The notes below the pieces were generated by a model, which worked only from the letters and a program-made list of their open reading frames with translations, was not told the origin of the DNA and made no database searches. A stretch of 28,174 nt of DNA from a virus (Duplodnaviria > Caudoviricetes). The position numbers and the translations under genes were made by a program. The stretch is taken from positions 1 through 28,174 of IMG/VR virus record IMGVR_UViG_3300030493_000049. The stretch is one strand, 5' to 3'. Position 1 is the first letter of the stretch. Each line of letters opens with the position of its first letter. Positions 1-7,300 of this stretch are shown here, piece after piece.

Positions 1-87
1 GAGCGCAGGAAAGCAGAGCAGGAAAGACTACAGGTCACGAGGGCCCGGCACAAATGCCTGGATAATTTTGCAGAGGTCGTGCCATGA
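1..87 (+). CDS. 3' end of a CDS starting before the window
   Basis: Open frame ERRKAEQERLQ...VVP* ending in an ATGA overlap with the next ORF. Confidence 0.5.
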   Translation, partial: ERRKAEQERLQVTRARHKCLDNFAEVVP

Positions 88-239
88 TTCGCATCACCCA
101 CCAGACGAGAGAGCGCGTCGTCCGGCCCTGGCCGCCGTTTCGTGTGGATTTTGGGGGCAAGTACCCACATGTCAGAAAAGACGAGATATGGCAAGCAGGA
201 AAGGCGCTGTATGCCAGGGTAAAAAATGATGCTAGATAA
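84..239 (+). CDS. Small hypothetical protein (51 aa, MIRITHQTRE...)
   Basis: ATGA coupling, upstream GAGGT, fills the gap in the + strand operon; not in the ORF track. Confidence 0.5.
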   Translation: MIRITHQTRERVVRPWPPFRVDFGGKYPHVRKDEIWQAGKALYARVKNDAR

Positions 240-453
240 CGAAGCAATCCGCCTCCGAGCCGAGGCGTTAGCTCGCGGCCAGGTAATAGATGCCATGTCT
301 TTAGAATGGCTAATCATCCCCTGGGGCTCTGACTGTTGCCACGGTTGCGAGTTCTATGAGTGCGGGAAAACGATCACGGCTCATGGATTTTGCCCGATCA
401 AGGGACGGAAAGTGAGTCCGCATTACTACTGCGATCGGTGGGAGCAGGATTGA
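226..453 (+). CDS. Cys-rich small protein (putative metal-binding)
   Basis: CCxxCxxxxC...C...C pattern; lies within the operon. Confidence 0.6.
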   Translation: MMLDNEAIRLRAEALARGQVIDAMSLEWLIIPWGSDCCHGCEFYECGKTITAHGFCPIKGRKVSPHYYCDRWEQD

Positions 454-454
454 G

Positions 455-727
455 ATGGTAATCTTCCAACTCCGGGAGCAGAAAATAGCCGCACTGGATT
501 GCGCCACAGTCACGATTGCCCATCAGCTTGAGCGGCAGACCGAGAAGGCAATCCTCCTGGCCGTGATCCATCGCTCACCGGCAGGAGAACGGAAAGTCTG
601 CTATTGGCTCCCAAAAAGTCAGGTCAGGCTCGACGGAGCCCAGCCGTTCGGAGAGATCAAGCTGCAGGCGTTCAAGAAGATCGAAATCCCGGATTGGCTG
701 TGGGAGAAACGGACTCCTGCAACATAG
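455..727 (+). CDS. Hypothetical viral protein (ETEKA..WLPKSQ..IPDWL-type beta-barrel family)
   Basis: Motifs QTEKAILL, WLPKSQV and IEIPDWL recall a small family common in viruses. Confidence 0.7.
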   Translation: MVIFQLREQKIAALDCATVTIAHQLERQTEKAILLAVIHRSPAGERKVCYWLPKSQVRLDGAQPFGEIKLQAFKKIEIPDWLWEKRTPAT

Positions 728-767
728 GCCGAAAGGCTGATATACGTTTGTTGCAACATAACAGTCT

Positions 768-914
768 ATGAGAGAGTTGGGCGTCAAGCAAATTCATATC
801 CCGTTATCTGTTGAAGAGTTCGCTGAAATCGAAAAATTGAAAGGAAAGATGACCTGGAGAGCGTTCGCCCTTCCGCGTCTGCGTTTAAAAGATGTCCCTG
901 AAGAGCTGAAGTAA
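768..914 (+). CDS. Small RHH/CopG-like DNA-binding protein (48 aa)
   Basis: MRELGVKQIHIPLSVEEFAEIEKLKGKMTW: beta strand then helix; TATA-like TGATATAC ~25 nt upstream (leaderless). Confidence 0.6.
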   Translation: MRELGVKQIHIPLSVEEFAEIEKLKGKMTWRAFALPRLRLKDVPEELK

Positions 915-974
915 TTAAGAATTGACCAGCCGAACGGTGCCACCCGTGAAGGCCGGTCTTAAAGGTGTTGTGCA

Positions 975-1073
975 ATGACTCCTAAGCCCCAATACTATTT
1001 AGAGTTTGCGGAATTCGCTCGCTTGATAGTGGGTGAATTCACTTTGGCCTACGCGCGAGGGCTGGCTCCATGA
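975..1073 (+). CDS. Small hypothetical peptide (32 aa)
   Basis: AGGTG SD, ATGA overlap with the 1070 gene. Confidence 0.4.
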   Translation: MTPKPQYYLEFAEFARLIVGEFTLAYARGLAP

Positions 1074-1612
1074 GGGCCGAACTCCTGCCGACAGCCGAAG
1101 ACGCCAGGCAGATCCTCATAGAGGAGCGGCTTGAGCGGCTAGAGGATCTATGCACGCGCCTGGGCCGGAAGGTCGAGCAGCTTGAGAAGGATAAGAAAGA
1201 GCTGGAAGAGAAGCTGCACGGCGTCCAAGAGCTATCCAAAGAATCATTTGGGGAGCTGAAGAACGAGATCATTTTTGATAAGAAAAGAATTACCAAGCTA
1301 GAGGATGCTCCCGAAGCTGAGTGCAAGCCAAACGAGAAGACTCAAACCCATCTGGAAAGTATCTTCAGATTGCTTGCCGCGAAAGAGGCTAACTACAGAA
1401 AGGATAGTTATGGAAAAGCCCTCCTGACTCAGTACAAGAGAGAGGGTCTATTATTATCCCAAATTTCCGGGATTTTGGGTTTATCGTCCGAGAGAGTGCG
1501 CCAGTTAGCGAAATTGGCCGCAAAGGATTCTCGTTTTAATGTCTGTTGGCACCCCAAAAAGAAGAATTCCAAGATAATCAGGCTCAGCCGGTGGGATGCT
1601 CAATATGTTTAG
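1070..1612 (+). CDS. Coiled-coil + C-terminal wHTH protein, possible replication initiator/origin-binding protein
   Basis: N-terminal heptad coiled coil; HTH LSQISGILGLSSERVRQLAK plus wing; directly followed by an inverted-repeat-flanked AT-rich tract. Confidence 0.7.
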   Translation: MRAELLPTAEDARQILIEERLERLEDLCTRLGRKVEQLEKDKKELEEKLHGVQELSKESFGELKNEIIFDKKRITKLEDAPEAECKPNEKTQTHLESIFRLLAAKEANYRKDSYGKALLTQYKREGLLLSQISGILGLSSERVRQLAKLAAKDSRFNVCWHPKKKNSKIIRLSRWDAQYV

Positions 1613-1618
1613 AATGTT

Positions 1619-1880
1619 TATCCCCAAATTTGGGGTTTTGGGTTCCTGGAGAGATAATGCATATGGGCCGCCATTGAGACAATTCGTATAATAGAATAAA
1701 ATGCTAGAAATAAAGGACTGTAAAATACAGTTTGTATTAAGTTAGTTTGAGAAAGAGAAAAAATAAAGTGAAATGTATATAAATGAATATGTTTAAAAAA
1801 GAATAAAATTCGTGAAATGAACGGTTTTGGCCCAGTATATAAACTCCGGGCCAAAACCCAAAACCCCAAATTTGGGGATA
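1619..1880. repeat. Perfect 26-bp inverted repeats flanking an AT-rich core (candidate replication origin)
   Basis: TATCCCCAAATTTGGGGTTTTGGGTT at 1619-1644 and its reverse complement at 1855-1880; each arm contains the palindrome CCCCAAATTTGGGG; very A-rich core ~1680-1820. Confidence 0.85.
1823..1858 (+). promoter_or_regulatory. TATA box enclosed by an 11-bp inverted repeat (promoter/operator)
   Basis: GGTTTTGGCCC-agTATATAAActcc-GGGCCAAAACC upstream of the operon starting at 1917. Confidence 0.55.
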
Positions 1881-1916
1881 TTGCGCTAAATATCTTTAAT
1901 CTGTTTGGAGGAGAGA

Positions 1917-2069
1917 ATGACAGATCAACTAAATACCGCGTGGGAAGACATCACGGGCCGCCTTGAGGAATTATCCGATAAGCAACTCGGCAATCTGGTC
2001 CTCGTGATTCAGGAAACGTTAGCCGAGCGTGGGGGCAAGTGCGTCAAACCTGAAGAGGTGTGCCCCTAG
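1917..2069 (+). CDS. Small hypothetical protein (50 aa)
   Basis: GGAGGAG SD; MTDQLNTAWEDITGRLEELSDKQL...; first of three abutting ORFs. Confidence 0.65.
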   Translation: MTDQLNTAWEDITGRLEELSDKQLGNLVLVIQETLAERGGKCVKPEEVCP

Positions 2070-2213
2070 ATGAGCCAACACTCCGGCCCGAAGGGCAAGA
2101 ATGCCACTGCAAAGCCTCGTAAAAAGGCCACGCAGAGCGAGATAGCTGCAAGGATCACGGCCATGAAGAAGCGTCTGGTCTTCCATCCATTCCAGAATGT
2201 CGGAGGGCGTTGA
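2070..2213 (+). CDS. Small basic hypothetical protein (47 aa)
   Basis: GAGGTG SD; abuts the previous stop. Confidence 0.55.
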   Translation: MSQHSGPKGKNATAKPRKKATQSEIAARITAMKKRLVFHPFQNVGGR

Positions 2214-2342
2214 ATGGCCCAGATCGAACCTTATTATCGTGAGATTGTGCGCCTCACAGCACACACTCTAATTGAATCCAAGAAGCCCAAACTCTCCGAG
2301 AAGAAGATCCAGAAACTAATCAATCTACGCGGTGGTAAGTAA
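2214..2342 (+). CDS. Small hypothetical protein (42 aa)
   Basis: GGAGGG SD; TAATG overlap with the ASCH gene. Confidence 0.55.
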   Translation: MAQIEPYYREIVRLTAHTLIESKKPKLSEKKIQKLINLRGGK

Positions 2343-2773
2343 TGGACGCCATTTTCAGCACCCGTCCATTCTTCGTAGACGCCATCCTGTCCGGCACCAA
2401 GAAGTTTGAGCTGCGGCCCATTGCACCCTCCAAGCCCATCGAGCGCATTTGGCTTTACAGCAGCGCGCCGGTGCAGCAGGTCGTCGGCTACTTCACGCCT
2501 GGCATGATCCATCCCCCTATGCAGCGGAGGGCTTTGCTGGACTCGTTCGGGCCTGAGAACCTGATGGGCTGCCAGAAGGTCTCGGAGGCCGAGCTTGAGG
2601 GCTTCTTTGGCGACAAGCTGTGGAGGGCCATAGAGATCCTTGATCCTGTCCAGATTGAGCCGCCGATTAACCCGCGGGCCGATTTGGCGTTAGGGTACCT
2701 CTGGATGGCTCCGCAGTCTTTCAGGTATTGTGGGGCCAAAGAACAGGCAGCTCTTAGGGGGCGGGCTCCTTAA
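2342..2773 (+). CDS. ASCH/PUA-like domain protein
   Basis: ILSGTKKFELR (GxKxxExR), IWLYSSAPVQQVVG and APQSFRY motifs typical of ASCH. Confidence 0.85.
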   Translation: MDAIFSTRPFFVDAILSGTKKFELRPIAPSKPIERIWLYSSAPVQQVVGYFTPGMIHPPMQRRALLDSFGPENLMGCQKVSEAELEGFFGDKLWRAIEILDPVQIEPPINPRADLALGYLWMAPQSFRYCGAKEQAALRGRAP

Positions 2774-2838
2774 TTGAATCACCACCAAGACACCTCGGAG
2801 AAGGATCTTGGCGGCATTCCTCGAAAGAGGAAACACAT

Positions 2839-2898
2839 GGCACGGCCAGGCTCGGCTTGGCTTGGCAGGGCGAGGCGAGGTAAGGCAAGGCAATGCAA
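2839..2898 (+). repeat. GGY-NN tract 1 (12 pentamers)
   Basis: GGC-AC GGC-CA GGC-TC GGC-TT GGC-TT GGC-AG GGC-GA GGC-GA GGT-AA GGC-AA GGC-AA TGC-AA. Confidence 0.95.
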
Positions 2899-2959
2899 GG
2901 GCCGTCAGAAGCACCTCAGAGAAGGACTCTGGCGGCATTCCTCGAAAGAGGAAACACAG

Positions 2960-3014
2960 GGCTCGGCAAGGCCCGGCAGGGCTAGGCAAGGCTTGGCACG
3001 TCTATGCAATGCAA
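2960..3014 (+). repeat. GGY-NN tract 2 (11 pentamers)
   Basis: GGC-TC GGC-AA GGC-CC GGC-AG GGC-TA GGC-AA GGC-TT GGC-AC GTC-TA TGC-AA TGC-AA. Confidence 0.95.
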
Positions 3015-3079
3015 GGGTCGTTGGAAGCACCTCAGAGAAGGACTCCAACGACATTGCCCAGAAATGGGCGAAAACACCT

Positions 3080-3124
3080 GGCCCGGCACGGCACGGCACG
3101 GCTTGGCTGGGCACGGCAATGCAA
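3080..3124 (+). repeat. GGY-NN tract 3 (9 pentamers)
   Basis: GGC-CC GGC-AC GGC-AC GGC-AC GGC-TT GGC-TG GGC-AC GGC-AA TGC-AA. Confidence 0.95.
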
Positions 3125-3202
3125 GGGCCGTCAGAAGCACCTCAGAGAAGGACTCTGGCGGCATTCCTCGAAAGAGGATAAGAAGTAAGGTAAGGTGTTA
3201 GT

Positions 3203-3820
3203 GTGGCAAAAGAAATTATTGTGCAAAACATCCAGGTAGCCACTCCGGCTATGTATCACGTAAAGGTCGTGGGCGTCCAACCACTCATCATGAACAAGAT
3301 GCCTGACTTTTTCAAGTCGCTTGAAGTCAAAACAAAATCCAAGCCAAAAAAGATGAGCCAGGAGGACCAGCTTCTCAGTGAGCTAGAACATTGGAAGGAG
3401 AAGGCATACGTACGGGACTCTGGTAAGCTATACATCCCTGGAGATAATATCCAGCGTTGCCTATTCCAGGGCGCACAGTATGCTAATATAAAAATCCCTG
3501 GTGCGGGCAATAAAAAATTCGCAGACGTAATTAAGTCTGCCTGCATTATTTACGATTGCGATCTGGATCGAACGGAATCCGATCTCATCCAATATCGCAG
3601 GGCCGTAAACAGGGGGTTAATGAAGCGGTCTATGGTGGGCACCATCAGGCCAATGTTAGCAAGCGGCTGGACTGGAACATTTGACATCCAGATTTTCGAC
3701 GGCAGGCTCATCGATGACACCCTATCCACAATAATCACCTACGCAGGCCTCTTTAAAGGTCTCGGAGATCTGAGGCCACGTTTTGGACGATTCGAACTCA
3801 GGGGGCTTGAGATAGAATGA
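3203..3820 (+). CDS. Stand-alone RAMP/Cas7-like RNA-binding protein (Vipr-like effector)
   Basis: RAMP hallmarks: N-terminal strand HVKVVGVQPLIMN, LYIPGDNIQRCL (cf. PxIPGSSxKG), C-terminal Gly-rich loop GLFKGLGDLRPRFGRF; lies 25 nt after the array. Confidence 0.8.
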   Translation: MAKEIIVQNIQVATPAMYHVKVVGVQPLIMNKMPDFFKSLEVKTKSKPKKMSQEDQLLSELEHWKEKAYVRDSGKLYIPGDNIQRCLFQGAQYANIKIPGAGNKKFADVIKSACIIYDCDLDRTESDLIQYRRAVNRGLMKRSMVGTIRPMLASGWTGTFDIQIFDGRLIDDTLSTIITYAGLFKGLGDLRPRFGRFELRGLEIE

Positions 3821-4452
3821 GCCTACGAGTAACGACACTCCAGGATGCTGTAGCCGCAATCTCGCAAATGAAACGCGGGACTGTTGTCAGTCACCTCGTG
3901 CTGGCAAACCTCCTCAAAACACACCCACAATCATCAGAATACTACCAGGCAATTGTGGATATCAAGCCCATCCTCATAAACGAACACTCCATTTTTTTAG
4001 TTTCCAAGCCAAACAAGGGCTACGAAATAAAGGCCCGTGGGCTGGAGATTAAGGTGGTCGAAAAGGAGTTCGTGAGTGGTGCTAATCGGATCATAGGGGC
4101 GGTCCAAAAGTCCAAACGCATTGACTTGGACGGCATCACAGATAACGAGCTTCGGAACCAGACAATAGAGTCTGCCAGTAAGATGCAAGCAACTGCTGCA
4201 TTTCTCCGAAACTCTAACTTAGTAGCAAAAAAAGCCTCGGAACTGCCTGCAGCCAACCCAGAGCCACCTAAAAATTCTCCCGAACTCCCACCCCCAACAG
4301 ATGTTGATGGGACAATCCTCTCAATGAAGCGTGATGGGTGCACAGATATCGAGGTTGCCCAACTGCTTTCACAGAAAACGGGGGTTGATTGGATTGCCCC
4401 AAATGTCGCAGTCCGATATAATCAACTATTACGAGATGGGCCCCGGCCATGA
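3817..4452 (+). CDS. Partner protein of the RAMP gene; putative wHTH N-domain + C-terminal HTH
   Basis: ATGA-coupled to the RAMP gene; wing-like IFLVSKPNKGYEI; Pro-rich linker; C-terminal MKRDGCTDIEVAQLL...VAVRY. Confidence 0.65.
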   Translation: MSLRVTTLQDAVAAISQMKRGTVVSHLVLANLLKTHPQSSEYYQAIVDIKPILINEHSIFLVSKPNKGYEIKARGLEIKVVEKEFVSGANRIIGAVQKSKRIDLDGITDNELRNQTIESASKMQATAAFLRNSNLVAKKASELPAANPEPPKNSPELPPPTDVDGTILSMKRDGCTDIEVAQLLSQKTGVDWIAPNVAVRYNQLLRDGPRP

Positions 4453-4565
4453 GGCCCGGACTGGCTCGCAAAATCGAGCTGGCTAAACAGAAGCGGAAAG
4501 AAGAGGAACGGAAAGAAAAAGAAGCTCGCGAGAAAAACCGGGATTATTCAGCTCGTAGGTGGTAA
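4449..4565 (+). CDS. Small charged peptide (38 aa)
   Basis: ATGA overlap; K/E/R-rich. Confidence 0.4.
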   Translation: MRPGLARKIELAKQKRKEEERKEKEAREKNRDYSARRW

Positions 4566-4568
4566 TTC

Positions 4569-5006
4569 TTGAAGCACACGACAGGGCGTGGTCCCAAAAA
4601 AAAGGGCCGGGAGTTTGAGAACGAGATTGTGGCCTCGATCCTCGAAGCCTTCCCCCAGCTCAGCCCGAACGACGTTCTGGCCCGTAGCATGGGTGATCAT
4701 GGGCAGGATGTCATTTTAAGCGAAGCCGCCAGAAAAGTCCTCCCGCTCGCTTTGGAGCTGAAGCGAGTCAACAGGGTTGAGAACCTGGATATGGAAAAGG
4801 CATTTTCTCAGGCAAAAGCCAACTGTCAGGCCGGCCAGGTCCCTGCTGTGGTCTATCGAGAGGACCGGCATGAGGCCATGATTGCGTTATATCTCGGAGA
4901 TCTGATTCTCACATTAGCGAGCCTGGAAGACCTCTTCGTGGGGGCAAGTTTGCCTGTAGTGATGAAGTGGTCCGATTTATTAGACTTTTTGGGAGGTAAA
5001 AAATGA
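4569..5006 (+). CDS. PD-(D/E)xK nuclease, Holliday junction resolvase-like
   Basis: KGREFENE...GQDVIL...LELKR...QA...PAVVYR motif series. Confidence 0.8.
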   Translation: MKHTTGRGPKKKGREFENEIVASILEAFPQLSPNDVLARSMGDHGQDVILSEAARKVLPLALELKRVNRVENLDMEKAFSQAKANCQAGQVPAVVYREDRHEAMIALYLGDLILTLASLEDLFVGASLPVVMKWSDLLDFLGGKK

Positions 5007-5566
5007 CTCACCTCGTTATCGATATTGAAACTACACCCTGGCAGCCCGTAGAGTACGCCCAACGTTGGCCGAAGTCGAAGAAGAAGCCCGGCATCCATGC
5101 CATCTGCTCCCAGGTGGTTTGCATCGGCTTGCGGGAAAACGGCCACTCAAGCACCATAGCCCCCCCTGAGTTCGCCTCAGAGAAAGCGTGCCTGGAGTGG
5201 TTCGGCAAAGTCCTGCGGGAACACCGGAACCATGACCTCGTAGGCTTCAACAGCAAGACCTTCGACTTTCCGATCCTGCAGCTCCGGGCCATGAAGTACG
5301 GCATCAAGCTCGACCTGCCGGACAAAAGATCTCTGCGGAACCGTGATATCTTCGACGCTTTGGGTGGCAAGTGGGCCACGGATGTTAGTAGCTGCAGCCT
5401 CTCCGAGCTGGCTTATCTCCTTTACGGCGAGGGCAAGAAGACGGACGGCAAAGACGTGGCTGCCTGGTGGCTGCAGAAGGACTACGAAGCCATCAAAAGC
5501 CACTGCATAGAGGACATAGAGCTTACGGACAGAATTTATCAGGATCTCAAGGAGGTGCTGTGGTAA
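5003..5566 (+). CDS. DEDD 3'-5' exonuclease (RNase_H_2 / PolB-exonuclease-like)
   Basis: ExoI VIDIET, ExoII GFNSKTFD, ExoIII HCIED. Confidence 0.85.
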   Translation: MTHLVIDIETTPWQPVEYAQRWPKSKKKPGIHAICSQVVCIGLRENGHSSTIAPPEFASEKACLEWFGKVLREHRNHDLVGFNSKTFDFPILQLRAMKYGIKLDLPDKRSLRNRDIFDALGGKWATDVSSCSLSELAYLLYGEGKKTDGKDVAAWWLQKDYEAIKSHCIEDIELTDRIYQDLKEVLW

Positions 5567-5743
5567 ATGGCTCTTGACAGATCAACAGTAGCCCGGCTGC
5601 GATCGAACTACGACTATCTCAAGATGACTGAGGCTAAAGGCACGGCTTCACCGCTTGAGCTTGAAATGATGAGGGATCGCCTCGGCAAATCCCTAATACA
5701 GCATGGTGATGAAATCCTGCGGCTCCTGGAGGCTCGTCTATGA
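5567..5743 (+). CDS. Small hypothetical protein (58 aa)
   Basis: GGAGGTG upstream; abuts the previous stop; ATGA overlap downstream. Confidence 0.6.
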   Translation: MALDRSTVARLRSNYDYLKMTEAKGTASPLELEMMRDRLGKSLIQHGDEILRLLEARL

Positions 5744-6021
5744 GGGGCGACGGTCGCAAGAAGTTCATGGCCCGGATGGTAGAGAATGGCCTGAAACCTG
5801 CCTGGCTGTTATCCCTGCGAACTAAGTCCCGTCCGTCAAGTGATTGTGGCCTGAAGGGCGGAAAACTCACAGGGGCCATGCGGGAACTGAAAAGCTGGGG
5901 CATCATCAAGCCCGTAGGGCTGACAAGCGACAAAGCCACCATTTGGGGGCCGGGCTGGAAATACGACCAGGCCGCGGCGATCGCGTCAGAAATGAAGCCG
6001 CGTGCGGAGGTGTTAGGGTGA
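5740..6021 (+). CDS. Hypothetical protein, possible wHTH
   Basis: AMRELKSWGIIKPVG...TIWGPG resembles a recognition helix + wing; coupled starts and stops. Confidence 0.6.
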   Translation: MRGDGRKKFMARMVENGLKPAWLLSLRTKSRPSSDCGLKGGKLTGAMRELKSWGIIKPVGLTSDKATIWGPGWKYDQAAAIASEMKPRAEVLG

Positions 6022-6224
6022 GCCAGGCCGAAATCTCTGAGTGGCTGCAGAAAAATCCTGGCTGGCACAGCACCAAAGAAATAGCCAACTCCCTCGGAAA
6101 GCAGCAGAATTCTGTGGGCGATGCACTAAAGCGCCTTTCCAGGTGGGGCGAGGTATGTTCTCGAAAGAAGTCAAACGGCCTTGGAAAAGAGCATATGCTC
6201 GCGGAGGGGCAAGATGGTATCTGA
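6018..6224 (+). CDS. Winged-helix DNA-binding protein (GTG start at 6018)
   Basis: HSTKEIANSLGKQQNSVGDALKRLSRWGEV; GGAGGTG SD; GTGA overlap. Confidence 0.75.
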   Translation: MSQAEISEWLQKNPGWHSTKEIANSLGKQQNSVGDALKRLSRWGEVCSRKKSNGLGKEHMLAEGQDGI

Positions 6225-6462
6225 TAAGCTCATGCAGGAATTCATAGGGGTGCTGTCTTCGGAGCATCCTCTCTCGGTCTTGCAAATTTCGCATAAACTC
6301 CAGAAGGATAATAGCCACGTCCGCAAGGTGCTGATTGTCATGGAACGGCTAGGCTTGGTCGGACGAGTGAACCTGAATCCCGCCTTACATAAATCCAACA
6401 CGAGAGGATCACAGGCTAAAATAGGGTGGGTGCTCCGGAACGAACAACGCCGGAGCATCTAG
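6214..6462 (+). CDS. Winged-helix (MarR/TrmB-like) DNA-binding protein
   Basis: PLSVLQISHKLQKDNSHVRKVLIVMERLGLVGRV; GGAGGGG SD. Confidence 0.75.
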   Translation: MVSDKLMQEFIGVLSSEHPLSVLQISHKLQKDNSHVRKVLIVMERLGLVGRVNLNPALHKSNTRGSQAKIGWVLRNEQRRSI

Positions 6463-6519
6463 CACCGGACTATCTTTCACCTATAATTATATTTACTTTT
6501 AGGGCTATGTATTAACCCG

Positions 6520-6969
6520 ATGGCCACACGAATGAGCAAGCTCAGGGGTAGGTCTGCTCATTCAACACGTTCTGCCCGGAAGGATTGTCGTTGGGATACT
6601 GAAATCAAACCAGTTTTTGCGACTTCCGAGGGGGATATGACCGCTTCTGAATACCTATCTCGGAAACAATTATGTGGCGACCCCAAAGAACGCTTCTCGA
6701 TGTATTTAGGCAAGCCCCTAAAGTCCGTATATTCTCAAAGGTCGTGTGCCTGTGGGGGCATGATCAAGCAGCTAAATGATGGCAAAGCAGTGTGTTCAAA
6801 TCCGCATTGCAGCGTCGTTTTTAATGACGGAGGGAATACAGAGGGGCTGGTATTAATCGAGAAGATCTATTCGGATGGTAAACGAGAAACAGCACCCCCA
6901 CCAGGTTATAAATTAACTCACATGCCTAAATCCTTCATAAAGGCGTGTAAGGCGGCCCAGACCGGATAA
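6520..6969 (+). CDS. Zn-ribbon protein
   Basis: CACGG...CSNPHC; upstream TATA-like TTATATTTA ~30 nt before the ATG. Confidence 0.7.
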   Translation: MATRMSKLRGRSAHSTRSARKDCRWDTEIKPVFATSEGDMTASEYLSRKQLCGDPKERFSMYLGKPLKSVYSQRSCACGGMIKQLNDGKAVCSNPHCSVVFNDGGNTEGLVLIEKIYSDGKRETAPPPGYKLTHMPKSFIKACKAAQTG

Positions 6970-7002
6970 TCTGGTTAATATGACTACAGTATCGAGGTGC
7001 AC

Positions 7003-7263
7003 ATGGCCGACGCTGACGACAACCTGCAGGACCTCAAGCCGTCTGAGAAGCCGTTCCTGAAGGCTAACCCCCTGGTCCCACCAGAATACGGCGAAGGGCA
7101 CAAGCCTCTGCCGAACCTGGCCGTAATAGTCGAGGCCGATGAGCGTAAAAAAGTCATGATGGCAAAATTCAAGAGTGAACAGGCCCTCAAAAGGCGGGAA
7201 GCGAATGCTTCCCCGGTTCCTGCGAGCGTGTCCTGTTCTGATATAGATCGCCGCACCCGCTGA
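7003..7263 (+). CDS. Hypothetical protein
   Basis: GAGGTG SD before the ATG at 7003. Confidence 0.6.
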   Translation: MADADDNLQDLKPSEKPFLKANPLVPPEYGEGHKPLPNLAVIVEADERKKVMMAKFKSEQALKRREANASPVPASVSCSDIDRRTR

Positions 7264-7300
7264 GTTTCGGGGCGGCGTTTGCGATGATACCCTATATACC

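Larger units (their letters stand above)
2781..3178 (+). ncRNA. Structured RNA array: 4 conserved two-hairpin scaffolds alternating with 3 GGY-NN pentamer tracts (candidate guide RNAs, VIPR-like)
   Basis: Scaffold = 9-bp stem enclosing CACCTC(A/G)GAGAAGGA, then ATT and a GAAA-tetraloop hairpin, then AAACAC (first three copies); CACCTC at 2791, 2912, 3028, 3138; compensatory changes between copies; G-U pairs indicate the + strand. Confidence 0.85.

Noticed and set aside
2839-3124. Simple microsatellite
   Set aside because: Variation is confined to positions 4-5 of each pentamer while positions 1-3 stay fixed, unlike slippage-driven decay.
2781-3178. Canonical CRISPR array
   Set aside because: Repeats are ~60 nt with two hairpins, the 'spacers' are internally periodic, and there are no cas1/cas2/cas6 genes.
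2690-3201. Six overlapping ORFs across the array (Arg/Gly/Ala-rich)
   Set aside because: They are by-products of stop-poor GGCNN repeats; the 5-nt period and stem covariation indicate RNA rather than protein.
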